64,000 nt of DNA from Clostridiales bacterium (GTDB lineage: Bacteria > Bacillota > Clostridia > Saccharofermentanales > Saccharofermentanaceae). A program made the position numbers and the translations under genes. Under the pieces are notes generated by a model, which saw only the letters and a list, made by a program, of their open reading frames with translations, ran no database searches and was not told the origin of the DNA. Position 1 is the first letter of the stretch; each line of letters starts with the position of its first letter. The stretch covers positions 96,001 to 160,000 of the forward strand of contig JAFWDK010000015.1 of assembly GCA_017513085.1 (NCBI GenBank), written 5' to 3'. Below are positions 40,538-50,337 of the stretch, in pieces.

Positions 40538-41251
40538 TCACTTCTCCAACCAGTATACCGCGTATTCGGCTTGAGGTACAAAACCATGACCGACCGCCAT
40601 CTTTGATGACATCGTATTCTGTGCATCCCAGTGCACGGTCAGACCCTTAGCATGACTTTGCCGGATCATCTCATAGACACAGTGATCGGCCAGTCCCTTA
40701 CCCCTGTGTTCCTCATCCGTAAACACGTCCAGTTCCACATGGTCTTCGAAAGTCAGGAAACTCGACGATGCCGACACGACCTTCCCGTCAAAAAGCACCA
40801 CCGCTCCGGTTCCTCTTTCCGAAAAGTCCTGGTAATCCGCATATCCCCGCCCATGATCGAATGGATGTGCTTCAAAGATCTCTTCTGTAAAAGAACTGAT
40901 GCTGTAGCCTTTCGGAAGTGGTTGCAGTTTCTTATCCGATGCACAGCGAAGCGGAGCCATCAACTCTCTTCGCAGGATAAACTTGATGGGAAGTTTACGG
41001 ATATACTCCTCCCATTCAGAACTCATACAGACCAGTCTTGTGTTATAGATCAAGTCCTGATTCTCTGCGAGAAATGCTTCATCCGGTTTTCCGCACAAAT
41101 ACGTAAAAATCGTCTTGTAAATCGCGCCGCCCGGATATGACAATACTGTCCCGAGCTTTCCTTCTTTACATGCCGTAAAGATCAGCGGTTCCTTCGAAAG
41201 AACGCCGCTTCCATCCTTGTTCCAGATCTCATAAATATCTTGCGTTGCCAT
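40538..41251 (-). CDS. GNAT-domain protein
   Basis: TDEEHRGKGLA and HWDAQN..S; TAATG overlap with the upstream stop. Confidence 0.82.
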   Translation of the reverse strand: MATQDIYEIWNKDGSGVLSKEPLIFTACKEGKLGTVLSYPGGAIYKTIFTYLCGKPDEAFLAENQDLIYNTRLVCMSSEWEEYIRKLPIKFILRRELMAPLRCASDKKLQPLPKGYSISSFTEEIFEAHPFDHGRGYADYQDFSERGTGAVVLFDGKVVSASSSFLTFEDHVELDVFTDEEHRGKGLADHCVYEMIRQSHAKGLTVHWDAQNTMSSKMAVGHGFVPQAEYAVYWLEK

Positions 41252-41775
41252 TATTTTGTTACTCTGCCTTTCCGATATCTTCCGAACAGAATACCATCGT
41301 CGACATACTTGTCCGCCTGAGAGACCCACATAGGGAACTTTCCCGTAGCCAGCGCAGTTTGTCCGTTAAGCATTCCGGTGTGGAAGGAAATATGTCTGAA
41401 CTGGCGAAGTACCAGCTCCAATCGTGTATGCTCACAGTTTTCAGGACACTCGTAAAGCATCTCGTCTGTCAGCGAATCGAGATACTCATTTGTCTTCTTT
41501 TCGATGTTGTCCAGATATTCCAGCAGCTGTTCGTCAGTCAGAACCACAGATGTCGGGTTATCCGGATTATCCATACCTTCCTCATAGAATTCCGGTTCTT
41601 CAAAAACGCACGGGTTGATAAACCATTTGTCCGCAGAATGAAGTGCGTGAAAAGCCCATCTCCAGCACGGTGCGCCACAGCACAGAGCATCTCTGTCATA
41701 CGCCTGGATAGAAGTTCTTATGTTAAGGAAATTCGGTTTCACCATATCCTTGATTATCTTACATAACTCGTTCAT
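41251..41775 (-). CDS. DinB/DUF664-like protein
   Basis: Helical; H..HS and RH..FHTG metal-binding pattern. Confidence 0.7.
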   Translation of the reverse strand: MNELCKIIKDMVKPNFLNIRTSIQAYDRDALCCGAPCWRWAFHALHSADKWFINPCVFEEPEFYEEGMDNPDNPTSVVLTDEQLLEYLDNIEKKTNEYLDSLTDEMLYECPENCEHTRLELVLRQFRHISFHTGMLNGQTALATGKFPMWVSQADKYVDDGILFGRYRKGRVTK

Positions 41776-41858
41776 ATTCGGTCATCTTCTTCCTCATACT
41801 TTTTCTATATCATATCATGTTGTGCGGACGAAAATGCCATTTTAGAACACAGGTATAA

Positions 41859-42314
41859 TCACGTGGTCAAATCGTATTCAAATACCTTCTCGCCATCGAT
41901 GACCTCACCGGTCGCCTCAAAGCCGACGGATCTGTATAATCGGATCGCATTGACGTTGCTCTCCTTTGTGGAAAGTCGGATGTTTGTAGCCCCATTGTCT
42001 TTGAAATATGTAACAATGTTATTCAGTGCTTCTTTCCCGTATCCACGGCCCTGATACTTCTCATCGATCATGAATCTCCATAACCAGTACCGGTCATTGG
42101 GATCTTCGCATGCCAGGTCAAAGGCAAACATGGTGAACCCGACTGCTATCCCATCTGCATAGATCACAAAAGGTCTGGCGACATCCGGGTGCTCTTTCGC
42201 TGCTTCAAATGAACTTGCGTTCGTTGCGATGTTCTCCGTCTGCGCTTCCGACACTTTCATGCGAAAGCATTCCTCTTTATTCGCTTCACTTAGAGGCCTC
42301 AATTCAATACTCAT
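41859..42314 (-). CDS. GNAT N-acetyltransferase (spermidine acetyltransferase-like)
   Basis: RFMIDEKYQGRGYG and N.NAIRLY.SVGF. Confidence 0.9.
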   Translation of the reverse strand: MSIELRPLSEANKEECFRMKVSEAQTENIATNASSFEAAKEHPDVARPFVIYADGIAVGFTMFAFDLACEDPNDRYWLWRFMIDEKYQGRGYGKEALNNIVTYFKDNGATNIRLSTKESNVNAIRLYRSVGFEATGEVIDGEKVFEYDLTT

Positions 42315-42326
42315 ACTCGACCTTTC

Positions 42327-42854
42327 TCAGTTTCCCATGATCCAGAAGAAAAACTTAAAGACTCCGTAAAAGAATGCTGCCGAAATGGCAAGGTACAAAA
42401 GGCTCCCGAAAAAGTGGGTCTTCGTCTGGCTGTTATAATCGGCCAGCGGAAGGTTATCATCCGGATTATTCGGATCATAGCATATCGTCTGCTGCTTCGT
42501 TTTTCCAAACGCCCAGGAACCATACCCGCTTCCCTTGTATGTAGTTTCTCCGACCTCAAATTCATAGAAAATGACCATACCGCGCGATCTTGTTTCAAGA
42601 CGTCCTTCTTCATCCCGCGTCTGATATGTATCCTCATAGTGGTTTGTGATCCGGCCTTCCGTTCTTTCGGTAAGATGCGCCAGTTTCTTTCTAGCACGCA
42701 GTTTTTTGGGAATTGAATTAATCTCCACAGCCAAGAATAAACCGACAACGGCCACCGCTATAAAAATGCCCGCTGATTTCGGATCACGGAGCATGTCCAT
42801 GCCCCAGAATTTCACAAAAGCTGCCAGTCCGATACAATACAGGATTATGAACAT
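42327..42854 (-). CDS. Membrane protein (DUF3592-like)
   Basis: TM helices flanking YEFEVG..Y and ICYDPNNP; GAGGTG RBS. Confidence 0.65.
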   Translation of the reverse strand: MFIILYCIGLAAFVKFWGMDMLRDPKSAGIFIAVAVVGLFLAVEINSIPKKLRARKKLAHLTERTEGRITNHYEDTYQTRDEEGRLETRSRGMVIFYEFEVGETTYKGSGYGSWAFGKTKQQTICYDPNNPDDNLPLADYNSQTKTHFFGSLLYLAISAAFFYGVFKFFFWIMGN

Positions 42855-42864
42855 AATTCTCACC

Positions 42865-43346
42865 TCATCCAGGTTCAATGATTCCGAAAAGCTGACTCGC
42901 AGATGTACAGTTGTACGTTGCCCAGCCATTCTCATCGCTTCTGTCCTTCTTATTGAGCCACGCCGACTTAATTCCGGCCTTATGCGCTCCGACTACATCG
43001 GGATATTCCGTTCACTGCATTGCTGAAGGAATCTTTCAATTTCCGGATCCAGTTCGAATTCATTGCACTGCATCAGGAAATCGGCTTCTTCCTCCGCATT
43101 CATATCGACCTTATCCCCACCGAATTTCTGCGCATAAAGAGGCAGTTCTTCTTTCACGAAAGGATACTCTTCCCCGTTTTTGTGTTTCTCCATCAGCACC
43201 TGGAACAGGTCCTCGCCGTATTTCTTTATGTCCTCGAACGGACATTTGTCCTGGTAGTAGTCTTTCCAGAACTCATAAAGACAACGGTTAAAATCCATAC
43301 TCTTTGTGTTAAGAAGAGTTTCAAAATAGTCGAAGATCAGAATCAT
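42865..43346 (-). pseudogene. HAD hydrolase with internal out-of-frame deletion
   Basis: N-part MILIFDYFETL...ERNIPM*; the C-terminal motif DVVGAHKAGIKSAWLN...* begins at the same bases (CGATGTA) in another frame. Confidence 0.8.
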
Positions 43347-43980
43347 AATCTGTTGCTCTCCTGCCATTGATTCAGCCAGTACAGCTGATAGTCGATAAAC
43401 TGTTCATCGATGCAGTCTATTCCATGTACTTCCAGTATCGTGGCCTGAAGCTGGAAATGCCGGATCGCTACCCAATCCGGAAAAGAAAGCACTTCTTCAA
43501 GGCTGAGTGCATGGTATTTCGAATACCCGGAAAGAAACTTCTGATACACTTCTTTGGTAAGCTCGATGTCCTCCGGTTTCAACATGAAATAGTCCGTCAT
43601 ATCGCACATCACCATGATATCAAACATGATGGGCGCACGGCAGACCGTATCAAAGTCGATAAGGTAGATCTTTCCATCCGGACTTTTAAGAAGATTTCCT
43701 CTATGCAGATCCCCGTGACAGTTCCCGCAAGGAAGATCGCGTCCCCGTCTTTCGTCAGTATCGTCTTGGGAACCGGGAATCCACAGCCTTCCAGATATCT
43801 CATAATAGAAACCGACTGCATTGCAGTATCGGAAAAAGCAGAACTAATAACCTTAAGGAGAAATTTCCCCTTCCCATTCACAACATAGGTGTGGGTGCCT
43901 CCTTCTCGCAGAAATTCCAGAGAAGGGGACTCGATTCCATATTTATCCGTTAGTATCTCTTGTAGTGTTCTTTCGTCCAT
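43343..43980 (-). pseudogene. APH/homoserine-kinase-II-like phosphotransferase with internal out-of-frame deletion
   Basis: N-lobe (FLLKV..GFPVPKTI.TKDG) joined in another frame to CHGDLHRGN..LIDFD; central part missing. Confidence 0.82.
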
Positions 43981-44016
43981 GATCGTTGTTCTTCATCCTT
44001 GCTTTCTCCGACGAAC

Positions 44017-44778
44017 TCAATCCGTCACATAGCACGCGAGTTCCAGAGCGATATCAAAGTGTCCCGGGTCGTGCTGTGTATGTTTCTTCTGGTTTTTCTC
44101 CATCCTTGCATCCCACTTCGGTGCATCGAGAAGATCTCCACAGGTAAGAAAATAGTAAACGTTCAATCCTCTGAAATCACACATGGCCTGCACCGAGGCA
44201 CACTCCATCTCAACAGAGATACAACCTTCACTCTTTCTCTTTTCAAAATTCCCTCTGGTTTCACGGTGCGGAGCGTCCGTTGTCCATGTCTTTCCCTGAA
44301 TATATGGAAGGCCTGCCTCTTCCATGAATGCGGCCACTACATCGCTGTTTTTCACATCGATATAATCCGATGCCGGAGCGAAATGATACGATGTTCCTTC
44401 GTCACGATAGGCCGCTGTCGGAACCATGACCTTGCCTCTTGCGATCTCTTTATTCAGACATCCGCTTCCACCGAAAACGATGTATTTTTTCGTGTAGATA
44501 ATAGACATAGTATCTTCCATATCGCCCACACAACCGGGTCCTCCGATAAAGGACAAATACACGGCAAATTCTTTTCCCTTGTACGTAAAACCATATATCG
44601 GTTTGGGACCATTCGAGGAGTACAGATCTCCTATTTTTGCGCAGTCAAATGCTTCCAGTACATACCGGAAGATCTCATTTGAAAAAGTCAGGATACACGC
44701 ATCCACTTTCTTGGCATCTTCGTTCTTCCAGACCTTAATGATCTCCTCTGTTTTGTTATCAAATGAATCCGTGATCAT
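44017..44778 (-). CDS. Nucleoside phosphorylase (PNP/UDP family)
   Basis: FGGSG, RDEGTSYH, WTTDA..RET, VEME. Confidence 0.88.
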   Translation of the reverse strand: MITDSFDNKTEEIIKVWKNEDAKKVDACILTFSNEIFRYVLEAFDCAKIGDLYSSNGPKPIYGFTYKGKEFAVYLSFIGGPGCVGDMEDTMSIIYTKKYIVFGGSGCLNKEIARGKVMVPTAAYRDEGTSYHFAPASDYIDVKNSDVVAAFMEEAGLPYIQGKTWTTDAPHRETRGNFEKRKSEGCISVEMECASVQAMCDFRGLNVYYFLTCGDLLDAPKWDARMEKNQKKHTQHDPGHFDIALELACYVTD

Positions 44779-44861
44779 GACTCATCACCTCCACAATAGA
44801 TATCCGATACGGAAAACAAAACTGCTTTTCCCCGTCTTTGCATGCTTCCTTAACTATAGGC

Positions 44862-45746
44862 TTATTCAGTCCCCTTCCGTCTTTTCAGCTCTTCAGCCAT
44901 CCAGCCGGTCATCCCTTTCGGGAGCCGCGGATCCATCGGAGTCCCGTCCAAAAACATAAGGTTCGACTGCACACCGTTCATCAGGCAATGCTGACCCATC
45001 TCGAAGCCGAAGTTGATCGAAGCGATGCCCTTGTCCGCATTTCTAACCCAATCCGGGGTATAGATGAAACTGTTTTTCATCCTTTCCATACGTGCGCGCC
45101 TTGCCTCGATTTTCTCGTGGCTTACGATTTCATCGCGTATACCGTCGGCAAAGAATAGTGTAACACCATTTCTTTCCAGCTCGTCTATCACGTCATCATC
45201 CGGGATCGCATCGGTTCCGACGGGAACCAGCACATCAAATTTATCCGGGGCATGTGTCGCCAGCGCAAACGTGAACCTCGCGCCGGCAGAATTTCCCAGC
45301 AAGAACTTCACGCCGACACCGTCTGTATGTTTCTCTTCAAAAACATTGATCAATTTCATGACCGGGTCGATATAAGTTTCATCCCAACTGCCCGCATAGC
45401 CGCCACTCTCTAACCTGTATTCATTTGCAATCGGGATCAGGATATATGCACCACCAAGAGTCTTTTGGTACTCATCCGAAGCATAGTATTCCGCACCCGT
45501 ATAGTTAATGCAGAGCTCACCAACCAGCGCATTCGATCCTCCGTGCAGGAAGATAAGGAGCGGATAGTCCTTTTTCTTCGGGAAACCATGCTCAGAAGGA
45601 TCGAAGAAATAGTACTTCAGTCCTTCCGCCTGATCATTCCTAAAGCGGTCGAAATACTTACCTGTTTCATACGATGGTTCTGTGGAAATAAAAGCACCTT
45701 CAGGGATCTCATCGATCCAGGGGGGAGTTGGAGTAGCCATAATCAT
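44862..45746 (-). CDS. Alpha/beta-fold peptidase/esterase
   Basis: YPLLIFLHGG and GNSAG nucleophile motif. Confidence 0.75.
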   Translation of the reverse strand: MIMATPTPPWIDEIPEGAFISTEPSYETGKYFDRFRNDQAEGLKYYFFDPSEHGFPKKKDYPLLIFLHGGSNALVGELCINYTGAEYYASDEYQKTLGGAYILIPIANEYRLESGGYAGSWDETYIDPVMKLINVFEEKHTDGVGVKFLLGNSAGARFTFALATHAPDKFDVLVPVGTDAIPDDDVIDELERNGVTLFFADGIRDEIVSHEKIEARRARMERMKNSFIYTPDWVRNADKGIASINFGFEMGQHCLMNGVQSNLMFLDGTPMDPRLPKGMTGWMAEELKRRKGTE

Positions 45747-45865
45747 CTATGTCCTTTCTTTGCCTGTTTGTTGAATAATACACCATCGGAACCGGAGTGT
45801 TCAATTTCATCCGTTACCACTTTCTGATACCACTTCAAGTCATACCATCTGTCGAATTTGTATTT
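45743..45865 (-). pseudogene. C-terminal stub of a phosphinothricin-acetyltransferase-type GNAT
   Basis: KYKFDRWYDLKWYQK...* with no start codon; the stop overlaps the next ATG. Confidence 0.65.
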
Positions 45866-45990
45866 GCTTTTGTCTTATACCTACCTCACAGTTATATTGA
45901 ACTGCGTAGAAAGGAAGATCACAAGAACTTGCAAGTATAATACTCTTCTCAGACTTATCCACAAGGTGATCTCATTATCTTTCGTCTTGA

Positions 45991-46221
45991 TCAGTCTGCA
46001 TAACTGCATCCGGATCTTTCCGGTCCGTCATTTCCGGAAACATAACGGGCATTAAACTCCATGTTGATTTCACGGATCTCTTTCTTTCCGTCAATATAGT
46101 CCTGATACATCTCGGCAAGCCCGGCCATGCAGCCGTCACACGCACCATCAATGTTTCCCAGCGACTCCTTAACGATCCTTTCGCGTTCTTCTCTTGTCGT
46201 ATCTTTAATCAGAATGCTCAT
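45991..46221 (-). CDS. Small conserved-looking protein with CxxC
   Basis: LIKDTTREERERIV...CDGC...MYQDYIDGKKEIREIN; GAGAGG RBS. Confidence 0.7.
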   Translation of the reverse strand: MSILIKDTTREERERIVKESLGNIDGACDGCMAGLAEMYQDYIDGKKEIREINMEFNARYVSGNDGPERSGCSYAD

Positions 46222-46238
46222 TCTCATTTCCTCTCTCC

Positions 46239-46967
46239 TCATTCAGCAGGTGATTCCGTTTTCAGACGGATCAGATTGAATAGTTCGATGATGTACTTTC
46301 TCCTGGTATTCAGGACACAACCTTCCGGATTATCGGGGCGTACGAATTGAATTGTCTGTAATTCGTTATCGTGCGAATTACGCATAAACATATCTTCCAG
46401 TTCTTTTCTGGTATGATCCGTTTTCACTTCGTAGAGGAGACCGACAGGGGAATAATACTCATCGTCGGAACTGGTCTTAAGATACTTCAGTTCATATCGG
46501 AAATGCTCGTCAGTGATATCAATACCCATCTCTTCTTTGCTCTCTCTGATGAGGCAAAGTTCAGGAACAAACCGGCCATCTTTGAAGTCGTCTTTTGATG
46601 CCAAACCACCAATAAGATTGATCTGATTTTCCCAGTCCACAGCGAGGCAATAGTATCCGTCGCTTGTGAGGATGTAGCCACCCGAGAACAGGCTTCTTGT
46701 CAGGATGTTGCCGACATATTTACTGTAGAAAGCCTCGTAGTAATTGATCCATCCGATACGAAGTTTCAAGCCATCTTCAGTCTCTTCTTTATCGAAAAGA
46801 TTCAGGATCTTTTCGCTGAACGCAGAAGGATTATGAAAGCAGTGCTTTTTCCACACGGTCTCGATATCTTCTCGGAATCGGGTGAACGGGTCCGCCGTTT
46901 CGATGATCTCAAATTCTACGTTTTTCACTTCGCGTATCACGGTCCGCGTTGTTGCTCCCTTTGTCAC
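46239..46967 (-). CDS. Nudix-like hypothetical protein
   Basis: IGG....D...CLIRESKEEMG resembles a Nudix box; start uncertain. Confidence 0.6.
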   Translation of the reverse strand: MTKGATTRTVIREVKNVEFEIIETADPFTRFREDIETVWKKHCFHNPSAFSEKILNLFDKEETEDGLKLRIGWINYYEAFYSKYVGNILTRSLFSGGYILTSDGYYCLAVDWENQINLIGGLASKDDFKDGRFVPELCLIRESKEEMGIDITDEHFRYELKYLKTSSDDEYYSPVGLLYEVKTDHTRKELEDMFMRNSHDNELQTIQFVRPDNPEGCVLNTRRKYIIELFNLIRLKTESPAE

Positions 46968-47042
46968 TTCTATTTTTCTGAAAACTTGTCTTTATCCATG
47001 CCCGCTTTTATAGTTAGTTTTGTTAAAAGATAGCGGTCTTTG

Positions 47043-47306
47043 TTAAAACATCCGAATTACGTTCTTTTCAAAAAGAGAATCTGCTACGCCTTTCTTACAC
47101 GTATTGCATAGCCAGAATGACATGGAGTCAAATTGACCGGGTTCGAAGTCGGGGTTACCAAAAACCTTCGCTCCCTTCTTCTTTACCCTGATATCAGGTA
47201 CATATCTTGTAGGTTTTTCCCCATCCGGATACCACGGAAATCCACTTCCCTGACCGGAATATAAAAAGCCATGAACCATTTCTTCTCCACAAAACGGACA
47301 TTTCAT
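47043..47306 (-). CDS. Small zinc-ribbon protein (PF20097-like)
   Basis: MKCPFCG.EM..G...CNTCKK. Confidence 0.75.
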   Translation of the reverse strand: MKCPFCGEEMVHGFLYSGQGSGFPWYPDGEKPTRYVPDIRVKKKGAKVFGNPDFEPGQFDSMSFWLCNTCKKGVADSLFEKNVIRMF

Positions 47307-47409
47307 AATATTCAGCTTCCTTATCCTATATCATTAATCCAACAAAGGACCTTCTTTTGTCCCAATCATTATACCATTTTGTAAATAGCGCGGCTCTACT
47401 ATTAATACG

Positions 47410-47973
47410 CTATGCCATTGCATTTCCATCGTTAAAGAAACTACTAATATCTATAACTCCTTGAACGGTTTTCTCATCCCGGATCGCCGGCACGCTGTTC
47501 GTGTTATGACTAGATACCAGCTCGTGAATATCACGACAGTTCATGTGATGCAGAAGTGTGCACGCCGTTCCAAATGCTTTTTCCATATTGCCGTCCCCAC
47601 CACCAACCAGAATGACTGCGCCTTTCTTCACTTTCGGAATCGGTTTTTCTTTTCGAAAAGCACTGGCACAGAAGTATGTCTGTAAACGGCTTCCGACATC
47701 AAGTGTTTTTCCTGTCAGTTCCGAAAAATACACCGGAGATGCAATCAGTATGTTGTCACAGTCCTGTATATACTCATACACCTGCTGCATTTCATCGTTA
47801 ATGGCACAGCCCGGATTCGTCCAGCAATACCGGCAATCCATACACGGTGAGATATCGCATCGGTATGCATTCACGATCTTAATTTCACCTTGAAGTTTAG
47901 AAACAATCAAGTCAATAAGATTGGCGGTATCACCTGATACTCTTGGTGACCCATTGAAAATTAATGTCTTCAA
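47410..47973 (-). CDS. Flavodoxin family protein (FMN reductase-like)
   Basis: NGSPR, CMDCRYC..C, ASPVYF; TTG start behind GGAGG. Confidence 0.87.
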   Translation of the reverse strand: MKTLIFNGSPRVSGDTANLIDLIVSKLQGEIKIVNAYRCDISPCMDCRYCWTNPGCAINDEMQQVYEYIQDCDNILIASPVYFSELTGKTLDVGSRLQTYFCASAFRKEKPIPKVKKGAVILVGGGDGNMEKAFGTACTLLHHMNCRDIHELVSSHNTNSVPAIRDEKTVQGVIDISSFFNDGNAMA

Positions 47974-48031
47974 GATATTGCCTCCGCACTATGATTCTAG
48001 AATAATTGATTTGGTGAAGTCGCAAATAAAG

Positions 48032-48337
48032 ATAGTGATTGGTGTTATAAGTTTTACCGTCTAGGGCAGTTATTCGAAATTTTCGAATAACTGAATTTTC
48101 CTGCAATTCACTGTCTGCAAGGATCTTCTTAATATGATAATTGATAGTATTAGGCTCAACATCATAAAGCTGCGCCATTAGTTTCTGCGTAAGCCAGATA
48201 TTCTCATCCTCATAACGCATCTCAATCCCGGTATCTTCACCATCGGTTCCGGTAGATGCAATATAAGTAAGATATTCCGATGCGCTTGATCTTACAGACA
48301 ATCCTTCTTTTTTCTTGTTTTTATTCGCGTCAGACAT
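48032..48337 (-). pseudogene. Truncated RhuM-family protein (N-terminal domain only)
   Basis: ENIWLTQK.MA.LYDV...INYHIKKI..D.EL.ENSVIRKFRITA.DGK.YNT.HY; family-like sequence stops here and the ORF runs on to 47930. Confidence 0.78.
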
Positions 48338-48571
48338 AGATTCGAATACCATCCTTTAGTATTTCGTCTGTTAATTCTATATTGTTCTTTAGCTGGTCTA
48401 AATCCAGAACATCCACTCGTTTATGCAAAACTTCTCTAAGTTTCTCAACCATTCATAAAACTTCAGACCCTTGACATCAGATGAAATCAGAAGATCCACA
48501 TCACTGGATTCGCGAGCCTTTCCCTTGGCATACGATCCGAATAGAATACAATAATGAACCGGATACTCATC
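48330..48571 (-). pseudogene. 5'-truncated, frameshifted paralog of the MNT nucleotidyltransferase at 54726-55211
   Basis: 48335-48571 aligns with 54743-54980 (about 31 differences in 238 nt by hand count, including a 1-nt deletion); encodes DEYPVHYCILFGSYAKG...DVDL. Confidence 0.88.
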
Positions 48572-48580
48572 TCTGACTAT
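48564..48580. repeat. 17-bp direct repeat of the tRNA-Ser terminator core (55328-55344)
   Basis: TACTCATCTCTGACTAT vs TACTCATCTCTGAGTAT, 16/17 identical. Confidence 0.7.
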
Positions 48581-49438
48581 TCACAGATCCCAATCCTCTG
48601 CCAGATCCTGATCGCTGACATGCATTTTTATATAGTCGGCATATGTGTATAAAGGCGTCGGGAACACATCGCTGACCCCCATGGAAACATCGGCGTCGTT
48701 CATAATCTGAAGCACTTCTTCATACGAATAATCACTTCCGAGATACATCACAAGAAGATAAGAAACATCATCGCAGAAGATCCCGACTTCCTTGTCGTAG
48801 GCAAATCCTTCCGGCTTATACATGATATAGCCGGGTTTTCCGTCCACTTCTACGATCTCATAGCGTTCCGCTTTCTCCACGGGAAAAGCAAGCATACCAT
48901 CCTGATCTAGCATAACCAGAAATGGTGAGATGCCGAGATTCTCTCCCTCTTTCTCGAATTTGTTTGTATCTCCCGGATTCCGTGTTACCCCATCCGGCAA
49001 AGATTTCCATTCGACATGAGCAGGAGGTATATCTATGCGGGAACCATCCATATATGTCATCACATACTGCGTTTTCCCGTCCTTCTCGATGGCCTCCGTC
49101 AAGCTTCTCTGGCTTCTTTGCCCCACGCTTTTCCGGTCGTCCTCTGCCGGTGTATATACCACAAATGTATATTGCATCAGATCTATTCTCTTTTCTATAC
49201 TGAGTGTGGGTCCGCCCGATTCATTTTCTTTTAGGAAATAATATATAGATCTTTCCTCTTCTGATTCTTCCGTCGCGATCGATTCCACGTCATCCGACAT
49301 ACTGACCCCGGTCTGTGTCCCGCTTACCGAAAGGCTGTCCGTTACAGAAGATTCCCGGCTCACTTGCTTAGAACAAGCTGACACGAATGTAGACAGTATA
49401 AGCAGAACCGCCAGCATATTCATTCTATTTTTCATCAT
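48581..49438 (-). CDS. Lipoprotein paralogous to the adjacent anti-sigma extracellular domain
   Basis: Lipobox FVSA-C, Ser/Thr linker, LPDGVTRNP..LGISPFLVMLDQD domain. Confidence 0.78.
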   Translation of the reverse strand: MMKNRMNMLAVLLILSTFVSACSKQVSRESSVTDSLSVSGTQTGVSMSDDVESIATEESEEERSIYYFLKENESGGPTLSIEKRIDLMQYTFVVYTPAEDDRKSVGQRSQRSLTEAIEKDGKTQYVMTYMDGSRIDIPPAHVEWKSLPDGVTRNPGDTNKFEKEGENLGISPFLVMLDQDGMLAFPVEKAERYEIVEVDGKPGYIMYKPEGFAYDKEVGIFCDDVSYLLVMYLGSDYSYEEVLQIMNDADVSMGVSDVFPTPLYTYADYIKMHVSDQDLAEDWDL

Positions 49439-50337
49439 GCTCCGCCTCCCCACATTTTCACAAACTCTTCATAGGTCATAATGATCGCCGGCATCTCGGC
49501 AAATCCCTCTTCACAGTATGGTTTCTCCTCCACCACGACGCCGGCCAGGATCTTTTCGATCTCCTCCTCACTGATTTCTTTTCCAACAAACATATCAAGC
49601 ATGAGGTTCCGGTCCTCAAGAAGCATTCCCACCTCGCAGAACCCATTTGTCTTATATACGGCAAAAGCACTGTGCCCGTTGACTTCAAATGTTTTTACAT
49701 CGGTACCTCCTCTATAAGGGAACTCCCATTTCTGATCTTCATCCAGAATGACCAGTACCGGCGTAATCCCCAAATCCCCTGAAACCGTTTCGTATTTTTG
49801 CGGTTCTAGCGGATTCCTTCGGATTCCTTCAGGAAGATAGGAAAACGTTAGAAAATAGAAGTCTTCTTTCGACATATCGACTTCGATTCTCGTTCTTTGA
49901 TTTCCTTCTTCGATCCATGCTTCCTTTCTGGGAAAATACCTGAATGATCCATCCGGATTCTCCTGCACTTCGATAACGGTCTGCCAAATAATTGTTGTCG
50001 ATTCTTTCGTCGGTTCGAAACCTGTATTTTCCTCTGTAGAAGATGTTCTTTCCTTCGCTACGACAACTGTCAGATAACTCTCGCTGTTCGTGTCTTTCTT
50101 AAATGAGATCCGATATAGGCTTGAGACGGCAAATATCGTCACGGGCACCAACATAACAAGGATACATATAACCGCCGCTGTCAGGAACCATCTCCATCTT
50201 GACGTTCCATAGTGCTCCTCGGGTTGCGTCATCTTCGTTATTTCAGCCTTCTCCAGTATCCGTGTTTTCAAGTTTTCAGATAGGCGGACATCTTTCAATT
50301 CTTCATCGATTTTTCTTTTTAGATCATTCATCGTCAA
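49435..50337 (-). CDS. Probable membrane-spanning anti-sigma factor (DUF4367-like)
   Basis: Short cytoplasmic N-terminus, one TM, extracellular YLPEG domain; overlaps the ECF sigma gene. Confidence 0.72.
   Translation of the reverse strand: MTMNDLKRKIDEELKDVRLSENLKTRILEKAEITKMTQPEEHYGTSRWRWFLTAAVICILVMLVPVTIFAVSSLYRISFKKDTNSESYLTVVVAKERTSSTEENTGFEPTKESTTIIWQTVIEVQENPDGSFRYFPRKEAWIEEGNQRTRIEVDMSKEDFYFLTFSYLPEGIRRNPLEPQKYETVSGDLGITPVLVILDEDQKWEFPYRGGTDVKTFEVNGHSAFAVYKTNGFCEVGMLLEDRNLMLDMFVGKEISEEEIEKILAGVVVEEKPYCEEGFAEMPAIIMTYEEFVKMWGGGA

Noticed and set aside
43609-43740. Programmed frameshift in the phosphotransferase or HAD genes
   Set aside because: No slippery heptamer at the junctions, and conserved central motifs are physically absent, which fits deletion.
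45955-45963. Perfect DnaA box TTATCCACA outside oriC
   Set aside because: Single site; the same 9-mer occurs inside CDSs (near 14175 and 21469) from V-D-K codons, so it is compatible with chance.
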